Below, piece by piece: positions 44,543 through 52,460 of a DNA stretch of 64,000 bases. The DNA lies in the NCBI GenBank assembly GCA_031393505.1, contig JANMVX010000175.1, forward strand, positions 3,536-67,535. The letters run 5' to 3'. The notes under the pieces were generated by a model. That model was not told the origin of the DNA and did no database searches. It saw nothing but the letters and a program-made list of their open reading frames with translations. A program made the position numbers and the translations under genes. This DNA is from Hyphomicrobiaceae bacterium (GTDB lineage Bacteria > Pseudomonadota > Alphaproteobacteria > Rhizobiales > Hyphomicrobiaceae). Within the stretch, counting starts at the first letter, position 1. Every line of letters begins with the position of its first letter.

Positions 44543-46804
44543 TCACTTCAGCAGCAGACGGTCAACCTCCTCCATCAGTGGATCGTTGAACCCGGCTTTT
44601 CGCAACAGTTCGAAATCGCCGCGAGCCAATTCCGCCCATTTGGCCCCCTTGGAATCGCCGATGCGGTTATGCGCAAGATACAACGTCCGCGCAGCATCAG
44701 TCTGTCCGGCTAACATCAGGACATCGGCGCGATTGATCTCGATCCAGCCCGTCTCTGGAGCCAAGCTGTGCGCATGCTCGGCGGCGGACACCGCACGGTC
44801 GAATTTTCGGTCGAACATGGCGTACCAAGCTAGATTGCCAAGCGCCTCGGCGCGGGTCGCGGGTTTGACCGGGTGCGCCTCTGTGATCGCGTCAAGCTGA
44901 CCGAGCAGAGTTTCGTGCAGTCGGTAGGCCGCATCCCGTTGGCCCAGGGCGACCTGCGCATCGGCCGACTTTCTAACCGTGGCGACCAGTTTTGCATCCA
45001 TATCCGAGCCGCGCTCGGGCGATTGCACCAATGCCAAGGCGATATCGGTCGCCGCCTGCAAGCGCGTCAGAGCTTCCGCCTGCCGCCCGCTGGCCTGATC
45101 CTCATCGCCCAGTGTGATCAGTGCGGAAAACGCCGCCCGTTTCCATTCCGCCCGCTCGCCGGCGTTACCCAGATGAAGCGCCAGTGCGGCCTCGGCAAGT
45201 TTGCGGGCTTCGGATGTCATGTCAGCTGCTGTTGGCCCTCCAGCCGCTGCGGCGTCGCGCAGGGCTGCGGCCAATCGGAGCTGGCCTTGCGCCACCTCCA
45301 GCCGCCACTCATCGCGCGTATCGGTGACCGCAAGCGCCAATGCGATGGCCAGATAGTCACGGTAATACTTGATCGCAGCGGGCAGCTTATTCTGGTCACG
45401 CTCGAAGTCGCCCAGTGTCACATACGTCACGCTCAAGTTGCGTTGCAGATCGGACCGGCCAGGATTATCGCTCGCCACCGGCTTTATTAAATCGAGGCTA
45501 AACTCAAGTTCGTCACGGGACGTTGCAGCGTCCCCGCGCTTCATGGCAAGTTCTGCTAGGCGTTCGTGGGCGAAGGCCAGGTTGCGCAATGTGTCCGGGG
45601 TCTTGGCCATTGCCAGCGACACCCTGATCTTCAGGTTCTGGTCGAGCAACACCTTGGACTTGGCGAACTCCGCTTCACCGGCGTTTGACGCATCTGCGAC
45701 CATGGCGCCGAGCTTTTCGGAGCACAGAGCCACCGTGTCCTGCCACTCAGGCATGTCCGATTGTTCCCGATCCAGCCCGCTGGCAAGGTCATGGCAGGTC
45801 TGGAAGGCCGTGAACGCTGCATCGGTGCGCCGGTCCTCCTTTAGCGCCTCGCCCAAGCGGTCATAGGCATTGGCGAGATCGGCGCGAAATTGGCGATTTT
45901 CCGGTTCCTGCTGCAGCAGACCTTTGAAACTGTCGACGGCTTGCTGCGCCAGCTCGGCGGCTTTTGTTGCCTGCCCCTGCTCGCGCCGCACCGTTGCGAT
46001 TTCCAGCAACGCCACGGCGCCGGTACGCACCACCTCCGGCGTCGGCGTGCTGATTTCCGATAGGGAACGGGTCAGCAATTCAGCCTGATCCAGCACGGCC
46101 AGCGTGACGTCCTGGGGAACGTTCAGGCGCTGCTTCATACTGCCTTCGATCTTGAACACCAGGTTGTTGGCCGCCACGGTCGCCAGCTCCACAGTCCGCG
46201 CCGCCCGGCCCCGCTGCACCTCGGCGATCCAACCCAGCAGCCCCGCCACGACGGCAATCGCCGCGAACACTACCGCCGCCGTGCCCATGGCCCGCACCCG
46301 CAAAGTTTCCTGCTTGGTGTGCTTGAAGCCCCGGATCAACTCGCTGAGGGCATGGCCCGAAGGTGGCCCATCCAGCTGATCAATCGGCTCCTCCAGCCGT
46401 AGCCAGTGGCTCTCCAGCGCCTCTTTGGCGAGCAGCGCGTCGGGCGGGGCCGCCTCGACCGAGCGATTGACGTTGATGATGACGGGCGTATGGCCTTGCG
46501 CCAGAGCCGCATCGACCTCGCGCTTGACCCATTCCGATTTCAGCGCCCGGGGCCGGGCGACCACCACAAGCGTCTTGCTTTTTCGCACCTGCCGGCGGGT
46601 CTCGCGCCGCAGGTCCAGCCCCGGCACATAGTCCGATTGGTCTAGAAAAACGCTGAAGCCGGCCTTCTGCAGGCTCTGACACAGTTGCCTGGGGTAGTTC
46701 GTCCCGTCGCCATGGGAGTAGGACAGGAAGAAGTCATAACCGAACAAATAGTCGGCCAGGCGCTGCAACAGGCCTGGTGGGCGCGGCGGCTTGGCATCCG
46801 ACAT
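44543..46804 (-). CDS. TIR domain - single TM helix - TPR-repeat protein
   Basis: ORF 44543..47392. Start moved to ATG 46804 (GGGAGGG upstream), because the 196-aa upstream extension is R/P/A-rich and overlaps the divL start region. TIR_2-like N-terminus (YDFFLSYSHGDG, FSVFLDQ, TLVVVARP, SEWVKREV). TM helix AMGTAAVVFAAIAVVAGLLGWIA. About 550 aa of helical repeats. Confidence 0.8.
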   Translation of the reverse strand: MSDAKPPRPPGLLQRLADYLFGYDFFLSYSHGDGTNYPRQLCQSLQKAGFSVFLDQSDYVPGLDLRRETRRQVRKSKTLVVVARPRALKSEWVKREVDAALAQGHTPVIINVNRSVEAAPPDALLAKEALESHWLRLEEPIDQLDGPPSGHALSELIRGFKHTKQETLRVRAMGTAAVVFAAIAVVAGLLGWIAEVQRGRAARTVELATVAANNLVFKIEGSMKQRLNVPQDVTLAVLDQAELLTRSLSEISTPTPEVVRTGAVALLEIATVRREQGQATKAAELAQQAVDSFKGLLQQEPENRQFRADLANAYDRLGEALKEDRRTDAAFTAFQTCHDLASGLDREQSDMPEWQDTVALCSEKLGAMVADASNAGEAEFAKSKVLLDQNLKIRVSLAMAKTPDTLRNLAFAHERLAELAMKRGDAATSRDELEFSLDLIKPVASDNPGRSDLQRNLSVTYVTLGDFERDQNKLPAAIKYYRDYLAIALALAVTDTRDEWRLEVAQGQLRLAAALRDAAAAGGPTAADMTSEARKLAEAALALHLGNAGERAEWKRAAFSALITLGDEDQASGRQAEALTRLQAATDIALALVQSPERGSDMDAKLVATVRKSADAQVALGQRDAAYRLHETLLGQLDAITEAHPVKPATRAEALGNLAWYAMFDRKFDRAVSAAEHAHSLAPETGWIEINRADVLMLAGQTDAARTLYLAHNRIGDSKGAKWAELARGDFELLRKAGFNDPLMEEVDRLLLK

Positions 46805-47022
46805 AGTTCCCTCCCGAGTGATCGGCCTGCGGATAAGTATAGTCCGCCAGGCTTGGCACCGTCTATCAGCGGCAAACGAACGGCCGGAAACGCACACATC
46901 GAGCAGCCGGACCAGCCCCGGCAGCGACATCGCCCCGGCTGGCATCGCCGTCGCCACTCCCGCATACTGCCAACCTGATTCGTTGGTTCGCGTCGCCGCC
47001 CTGCAGCCAGCCCCGAGCCACC

Positions 47023-49506
47023 ATGCCCCTCGCCAGCCTCGCCACCCCCCTTGAGCCGCGCCAGGCCCGGCTGATGGCGCTTGCCTCAGCGGCATTGGCG
47101 GGCGGTCTTGGCTTTGTCTCGCTGCTGCAGAGCGAACCCGGCGCCGCCTCCATGGTGCCGACCGCGACCAACCTGTTGCTGCTGGCGGCCACCGCGGGGG
47201 GGGCGGCCCTGGCCACCACGCTCGCCTTGCGGTTTCGCGCTCAGCTGCGCGGCGGCGGGGCGGAACTGTCAGCGCTGCGGGCGGAACACGCCGCCATGGC
47301 CCGGCGTCTGGAGATTGCCGAGACCGTCGGCAGCCCTGCCGCCGAGACGCTGGTTTATTGGGACGCCGCCCGCGAACCCCTGTTGCATTCATCGGGCATC
47401 GATCCGCGCCATGGCGTTCCGTCCAGCGCCACGGCCATCCTTGCCGCCGGCTGGCTCGACCCGGCCGCCGCGCAAGTGTTCCGCACCCACACCGACCGGC
47501 TGGTGCGCGACGGCAAACCCTTCGCTCTGACCGCGGCCACCACCGCCGGCGGCGCCATGCAGCTCTCCGGCGAGGTGCGGGGCGCCTACGCCATCCTGCG
47601 CATCGCCGACGTTTCGGCCGAACGCAAGGCGATGCGCGACATGGAAGAGCGCGGGGTGCGCGTCACCCGCGACGCGGCCCTGACGCGCGCCCTTTACGAA
47701 GCCCTCCCCGTCCCCGTGTGGTTCCGCTCCGCCGACGGCAAGATCGATTGGGTGAACTCGGCCTATGTGCGCGCCGTGGACGGATTTTCGCGCGAGGACG
47801 TGCGCGGCCGCCAAGTCGAACTGCTGGAAACCCGTCAGCGTGCGTCGGTTTCCGCCTCGCTCACGGCCGGCCGCATCCACCGCGAGCGCGTGCATGTGTT
47901 CGTGGGCGGAGAACGCCGGTCCTACGACCTGGTCGCCGTGCCGATGGACGGCGCCAGCGCGCTGATCGCCAACGACGCCGCAGCGCTCGAAACCGCGCAA
48001 GGCGAACTCTCGCGCCAGATGGCCGCCTACGATCGCACGCTGGACCGCGTCGCCACGGCCGTCGCCAACTTCGGCCCGGACCAGCGCCTGGTCTATTGCA
48101 ACGAAGCCTACCGCCAGCTTTGGAAGCTCGACCCCGAGTTCCTGAAATCCCGCCCCAAGGACGGCGAAGTGCTCGACCGCCTGCGCGAACGCCGCCAGCT
48201 CCCCGAGGAGGCCGACTACCGCAAATGGAAAGCGGCGCTGCTGGCGAGCTACACGTCCCAAACCGGTCAGGAAGCCTGGTGGTATCTCCCGAGCGGGCGC
48301 ACGGTACACGTCACAATCGAGCAGCGCCCGGATGGCGGCGTTGCCTATCTCTATGATGACGTGACGGAAAAACTCGCACTGGAACGCCGCTACCACACCG
48401 CCATGAACATTCAGCGCGGCACGCTGGACACCTTGCGCGAAGGTGTCGCGGTGTTCGCCACCGACGGCAGATTGTCCTTGTTCAACCCATCGTTTGCGCG
48501 GCTGTGGAAGCTGAACCCGAACGACCTCGCGCGCGAGCCGCATGTCGACGAAGTGGTGCGCCGCTGCTCCGTGCTGCATACGGACGACGCCACCTGGGCC
48601 AACATCAAGCGCGCCGTGACCACGATCAGCGGCCAGCGCCAGCGCCTGCAGGGCCTGATGGAGCGCCCCGACCAGAGCGTCATCGCCTACGCCGGCCTGC
48701 CCCTGCCCGACGGCGCCATGCTGCTGACGTTCGTCGACACCACGGATACGACGCGTGCTGAGCGCATGCTGCGCGAGAGGAATGACGCGCTTGTGCAGGC
48801 CGACCGCCTGAAGTCGCAGTTCATCTCGCTGGTGTCGTACGAACTGCGCTCGCCCTTGCAGAACATCATCGGCTTCTCTGAATTTTTGGAGAACCCAAAG
48901 GTCGGACCGCTCAATCCCAAGCAGCGCGAGTACCTGCACGACATCCACGGCTCCTCGCGCACCCTGCTCTCGATCATCAACGACATCCTGGACCTGACCA
49001 CCATCGACGCCGGCGCGCTGGAGCTGAAGCGCGCGCCGGTAAAGGTTGCGCATGTCGTCGCCAGCGCGGCGGCCGCCGTGGAAGAGCGCATGACACGCGA
49101 ACGGATTACCTTGCGCGAAAACATCGATCCGTCAGCGTCTGAATTTTTGGCCGACGAACACCGCGTCAAACAGGTGCTCTATAACCTCTTGTCCAACGCC
49201 ATCGGCTTCTCGAAAGAGGGGGACACCATCGTGCTGGATTGCCGCCGCGAGGGCGACACCATCTCCTTCAGCGTCACCGACCGCGGCATCGGCATCCCGC
49301 TGGAAGACCAGCCCAAGGTGTTCGAGCGGTTCGTTTCGCGCGCGCAAGGGTCGAGGCATCGCGGCGCGGGGCTGGGGTTGCCGATTGTAAAACACTTGGT
49401 CGAGCTGCACGGCGGCGCCGTCGCACTCAGGTCCGAGCCGGGCAAGGGCACGCGCGTTACGGTGCGGTTCCCGGTCGGCGCCAAGGGGCTGATGGCGGCG
49501 GAGTAG
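47023..49506 (+). CDS. divL: DivL-type PAS sensor kinase-like protein (Tyr replaces the phospho-accepting His)
   Basis: 827-aa ORF with PAS-like repeats. The H-box reads FISLVSYELRSPLQNIIGFSEFL (Tyr codon TAC at 48838-48840). HATPase_c motifs are present (NLLSNAIGFS, DRGIGIP, GAGLGLPIVK). Confidence 0.7.
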   Translation: MPLASLATPLEPRQARLMALASAALAGGLGFVSLLQSEPGAASMVPTATNLLLLAATAGGAALATTLALRFRAQLRGGGAELSALRAEHAAMARRLEIAETVGSPAAETLVYWDAAREPLLHSSGIDPRHGVPSSATAILAAGWLDPAAAQVFRTHTDRLVRDGKPFALTAATTAGGAMQLSGEVRGAYAILRIADVSAERKAMRDMEERGVRVTRDAALTRALYEALPVPVWFRSADGKIDWVNSAYVRAVDGFSREDVRGRQVELLETRQRASVSASLTAGRIHRERVHVFVGGERRSYDLVAVPMDGASALIANDAAALETAQGELSRQMAAYDRTLDRVATAVANFGPDQRLVYCNEAYRQLWKLDPEFLKSRPKDGEVLDRLRERRQLPEEADYRKWKAALLASYTSQTGQEAWWYLPSGRTVHVTIEQRPDGGVAYLYDDVTEKLALERRYHTAMNIQRGTLDTLREGVAVFATDGRLSLFNPSFARLWKLNPNDLAREPHVDEVVRRCSVLHTDDATWANIKRAVTTISGQRQRLQGLMERPDQSVIAYAGLPLPDGAMLLTFVDTTDTTRAERMLRERNDALVQADRLKSQFISLVSYELRSPLQNIIGFSEFLENPKVGPLNPKQREYLHDIHGSSRTLLSIINDILDLTTIDAGALELKRAPVKVAHVVASAAAAVEERMTRERITLRENIDPSASEFLADEHRVKQVLYNLLSNAIGFSKEGDTIVLDCRREGDTISFSVTDRGIGIPLEDQPKVFERFVSRAQGSRHRGAGLGLPIVKHLVELHGGAVALRSEPGKGTRVTVRFPVGAKGLMAAE

Positions 49507-49516
49507 GGGCGAGTCG

Positions 49517-49665
49517 CCCCCTCATCCGGCCAAAGGCCACCTTCTCCCCGTGAAAAACGGGGAGAAGGAAAAGCGATCCCAGCCTCGCCGGCGAGGCCAA
49601 GGAACGTGTCCTTTCTTTCTCCCCATTTTTCATGGGGAGAAGGTGGCCTTTGGCCGGATGAGGGG
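49517..49665. repeat. 149-bp nested palindrome (CCCCCTCATCCGGCCAAAGGCCACCTTCTCCCC ... GGGGAGAAGGTGGCCTTTGGCCGGATGAGGGG)
   Basis: Outer arms 49517-49549 / 49634-49665. Each arm also forms a local hairpin (CTTCTCCCCGTGAAAAACGGGGAGAAGG). Central palindrome GCCTCGCCGGCGAGGC. Confidence 0.75.
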
Positions 49666-49730
49666 AGGGCTTGCACCGGCGTTCAGTGCAGGGCACGGTC
49701 GGGTCAGCAGATGCAGTCTCAGGCCCGACG

Positions 49731-50096
49731 ATGCGCCCAGACAACTCTCAAACGCTCGCCCGCGCCCGCAGCCTGCGCGCCAATGCAACGCGCGCGGAGG
49801 ATCTGCTCTGGGCGCGCCTGCGCGACCGCCGGCTGGACGATCTGAAGTTCACGCAGCAAACGCCGGTCGGCCCATGGGTGCCAGACTTCGTCTGCCGTCA
49901 GCATAAAGTCATCGTCGAAATCGATGGCGCGACCCACGGTACGCCTGAGGAAATTGCTCGCGATCTGGCCCGGACGTCGGATCTTGTGGCGCGCGGATAT
50001 CGGATCTATCGCGTCGACAATCGCGACGTGTATCGAAATTTGGTTGGGGTGTTGGACGGCATCCTCGATTGCATACGGAACCGGGGCGACACTTGA
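49731..50096 (+). CDS. DUF559 (Vsr-like) endonuclease domain protein, copy 1
   Basis: ORF 49671..50096. Start at ATG 49731. ARSLRANATRAEDLLWARLRDRRL...FTQQTPVGPWVPDFVC...VIVEIDGATH...RGYRIYRV is typical of DUF559. Confidence 0.8.
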   Translation: MRPDNSQTLARARSLRANATRAEDLLWARLRDRRLDDLKFTQQTPVGPWVPDFVCRQHKVIVEIDGATHGTPEEIARDLARTSDLVARGYRIYRVDNRDVYRNLVGVLDGILDCIRNRGDT

Positions 50097-50100
50097 CGAC

Positions 50101-50273
50101 GGAGCAAGTGGCCCCCTCATCCGGCCAAAGGCCACCTTCTCCCCATAAGAATGGGGGAGAAGGAAAATAAACCGTTCCTTGACCTTGCCAGAAAGGCCGC
50201 ACTCGCTATTTCCTTCGCCCCGTACTTACGGGGAGAAGGTGGCCTTTGGCCGGATGAGGGGGCCGCTTGCTCC
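50101..50273. repeat. 173-bp nested palindrome of the same family
   Basis: Outer arms GGAGCAAGTGGCCCCCTCATCCGGCCAAAGGCCACCTTCTCCCC (50101-50144) / reverse complement at 50230-50273. Begins 4 bp after the DUF559 stop. Confidence 0.75.
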
Positions 50274-50356
50274 GCGCCATCGACTGGCGCATCGTCAGCC
50301 GAACACTGGCAAGCTCGTGCCACCCCACCACCAGTCACAAAACAGGCAGCTGACAC

Positions 50357-52357
50357 ATGACACGCACCAGATGGGGCATCATCGGACCCGGAGCCATCGC
50401 GCACAACTTTGCCGACGGCCTGGCCGAATCCAAATCCGGCGTGCTCGCCGCAATCGCCAGCCGCGACGATGCCCGGCGGAAAGACTTCGGCGACCACTAC
50501 AAACTTCCTGCCGCCAAGTGTTACTCCGACTACGCCGCACTCGCGGCCGATCCCGACATCGACGCCGTCTACATTTCCACGCCCCATCCCTGGCATGCGG
50601 AACTCTCCATCATGGCCATGCGCGCCGGAAAAGCCGTCGTGTGCGAAAAACCGGCCGGCATGAACGCGGCCGAAGTCGTCGCCATGATCGAGGTCGCGAC
50701 TCAGCAAAAGGTCTTCTTCATGGAAGCCTTCATGTACCGCTGCCATCCGCAGATCGCGCGCCTGCTGGCGATCATCGCTTCCGGGGAAATCGGGCGCGTG
50801 CAGCATATCCAGACCCGTTTTGGCTTTGCCGCAACGCACGACCCGAAATCGCGGCTGTTCGATCCCGCGCTTGGCGGGGGCGGGATTCTCGATGTCGGCG
50901 GCTATCCGGTGTCTTTGGCGCGGCTGGTGGCGGGAGCGGCCATCGGGAAACCGTTCGATGATCCGGTCACGGTCAAGGGATCGGGCATCCTGGGCACGAC
51001 CGGGGTCGATGAGGTCGCCTACGGACTGTTGGGATTTTCCAGCGGCGTGACGGCGGAAATCGCCTGCGCGACCACCCGGGCCATGGACAATTCCGCGACC
51101 ATCATAGGCGAAAAAGGCCGCATCGAGCTGGCCGACCCTTGGGTGCCGGGACGCAATGCCGGACCTTCGGATACGACCATCACGGTGACCATCAGCGACA
51201 AGCAGCGCGTCGAGCAACTGCGCCACCCGGAACATCTGTTTACGTTCGAGGCGGAGCTGGCCAGCCGCGCCATCGCGGACGGAAAGCTCGAAGCCGACGC
51301 CCCCGCCATGAGCCACGCCGACAGCATTGGCAGCAACCGCACGCAGGATCGCTGGCGGCAGGAGCTGGGCTATGTGACCTTTGCCGAAACACCCAAGACC
51401 AATCGGCGTCTGGCCGGTGTGTTGCCTAATGGGCTGCCGAAAATTCCGCAGCAGCGCATCGACGGTGTTGCGCAGCCCGTTTCCAAACTGATCCTCGGTT
51501 GCGACAACCAGAACGACATCGGCGGCGGCGCAATCGTCTGGGACGCTTGGATGGAAGCGGGCGGCAACGCCTTCGATACCGGGTTCGTCTATGGCGGCGG
51601 ACAGCACGAAAAGGTGCTCGGACAATGGATATCTTCTCGCGGCATCGCCAAGGACGTGGTGGTCATCGCGAAAGGCGGGCACACGCCTTATTGCACGCCG
51701 CGCGCCATCGGGGCGCAGCTCGAGATGTCGCTCGACCGCCTCGGCCTCGATCACGCTCCCATTTACATCATGCATCGCGACAACCCAGACGTGCCGGTGG
51801 GTGAATTCGTCGACGCGCTTAACCGTCTGCATAAAGACGGAAAAATCGGCGTGTTCGGCGGTTCGAACTGGTCGGTGTCGCGATTCCGTGAGGCGGCTGA
51901 TTATGCAGCGAAGCAAAAGCTGAAACCGCTGACGATCCTCAACAACAACCTCTCGCTCGCCGTGATGGAAAAGCCGGTCTGGGCCGGTTGCATTACGTCG
52001 AACACGCCGGAAACGTTAAAAGCCTTGCGGGACGGCGACATTGCGCATTTCAGCTGGTCGTCGCAGGCGCGCGGCTATTTCCTGCCCGAGGCCCTGCGCA
52101 ATCGGCTGCCGGCCGACACCGCGCCGGAGACCTGCTTCGGCAGCCAAGCCAACGCCGGGCGCCGCAACCGTGCGGAAACACTCGCGAAAAAATATGGCGT
52201 ATCGCCCCACAATATCGCCACCGCCTGGGTGCTGGCGCAGAGTTTCCCGTCGTTCGCCCTGGTCGGGTCGCGCACGGCCGGCGAGATCGCCTCGACGTTG
52301 CCTGGGCTGGGTGTGGCGCTGACCGCGCAGGAGGCGTTGTGGCTGAACCTGGAATAG
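50357..52357 (+). CDS. fusion protein: Gfo/Idh/MocA NAD(P)-oxidoreductase (N) + aldo/keto reductase (C)
   Basis: 666-aa ORF. N-terminus WGIIGPGAIAHNF...VYISTPHPWHAE...VVCEKP. C-terminus AFDTGFVYGGGQHEKVLG, LDRLGLDHAPIYIMHRD, GKIGVFGGSNW. Confidence 0.8.
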   Translation: MTRTRWGIIGPGAIAHNFADGLAESKSGVLAAIASRDDARRKDFGDHYKLPAAKCYSDYAALAADPDIDAVYISTPHPWHAELSIMAMRAGKAVVCEKPAGMNAAEVVAMIEVATQQKVFFMEAFMYRCHPQIARLLAIIASGEIGRVQHIQTRFGFAATHDPKSRLFDPALGGGGILDVGGYPVSLARLVAGAAIGKPFDDPVTVKGSGILGTTGVDEVAYGLLGFSSGVTAEIACATTRAMDNSATIIGEKGRIELADPWVPGRNAGPSDTTITVTISDKQRVEQLRHPEHLFTFEAELASRAIADGKLEADAPAMSHADSIGSNRTQDRWRQELGYVTFAETPKTNRRLAGVLPNGLPKIPQQRIDGVAQPVSKLILGCDNQNDIGGGAIVWDAWMEAGGNAFDTGFVYGGGQHEKVLGQWISSRGIAKDVVVIAKGGHTPYCTPRAIGAQLEMSLDRLGLDHAPIYIMHRDNPDVPVGEFVDALNRLHKDGKIGVFGGSNWSVSRFREAADYAAKQKLKPLTILNNNLSLAVMEKPVWAGCITSNTPETLKALRDGDIAHFSWSSQARGYFLPEALRNRLPADTAPETCFGSQANAGRRNRAETLAKKYGVSPHNIATAWVLAQSFPSFALVGSRTAGEIASTLPGLGVALTAQEALWLNLE

Positions 52358-52362
52358 CCGGT

Positions 52363-52458
52363 GGAATAAACGGGGACAGTTTACTTATATCGCGCCGAGA
52401 GATCGCCGGTGTTCGAACGTCGGTGACGTGATATAACTAAACTGTCCCCGTTTATTCC
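52363..52458. repeat. AT-rich hairpin with 29-nt arms (28/29) between convergent genes; possible terminator or REP
   Basis: GGAATAAACGGGGACAGTTTACTTATATC (52363-52391) versus the reverse complement of 52430-52458. Confidence 0.65.
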
Positions 52459-52460
52459 CC

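Noticed and set aside
46805-47392. 196-aa N-terminal extension of the TIR ORF (ORF track 44543..47392)
   Set aside because: The extension is Arg/Pro/Ala/Trp-rich, typical of an out-of-frame read of GC-rich DNA, and it overlaps the divL start region on the other strand. An ATG with a strong SD (GGGAGGG) at 46804 immediately precedes the TIR motif.
47389-49053. 554-aa - strand ORF antisense to divL
   Set aside because: It is a shadow ORF. The + strand has clear PAS/HisKA/HATPase motifs and the antisense has none.
49550-49906. ORFs encoding GEKVAFGRMRG-like peptides (also 49179..49676, 49909..50202, 58987..59523)
   Set aside because: These peptide strings arise from the CCTCATCCGGCCAAAGGCCACCTTCTCCCC repeat family read in several frames and on both strands. 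They indicate repeats, not coding sequence.
50117-51916. 599-aa - strand ORF antisense to the oxidoreductase fusion gene
   Set aside because: It is a shadow ORF with R/G/A/D-rich composition. The + strand product has two clean enzyme-family signatures.
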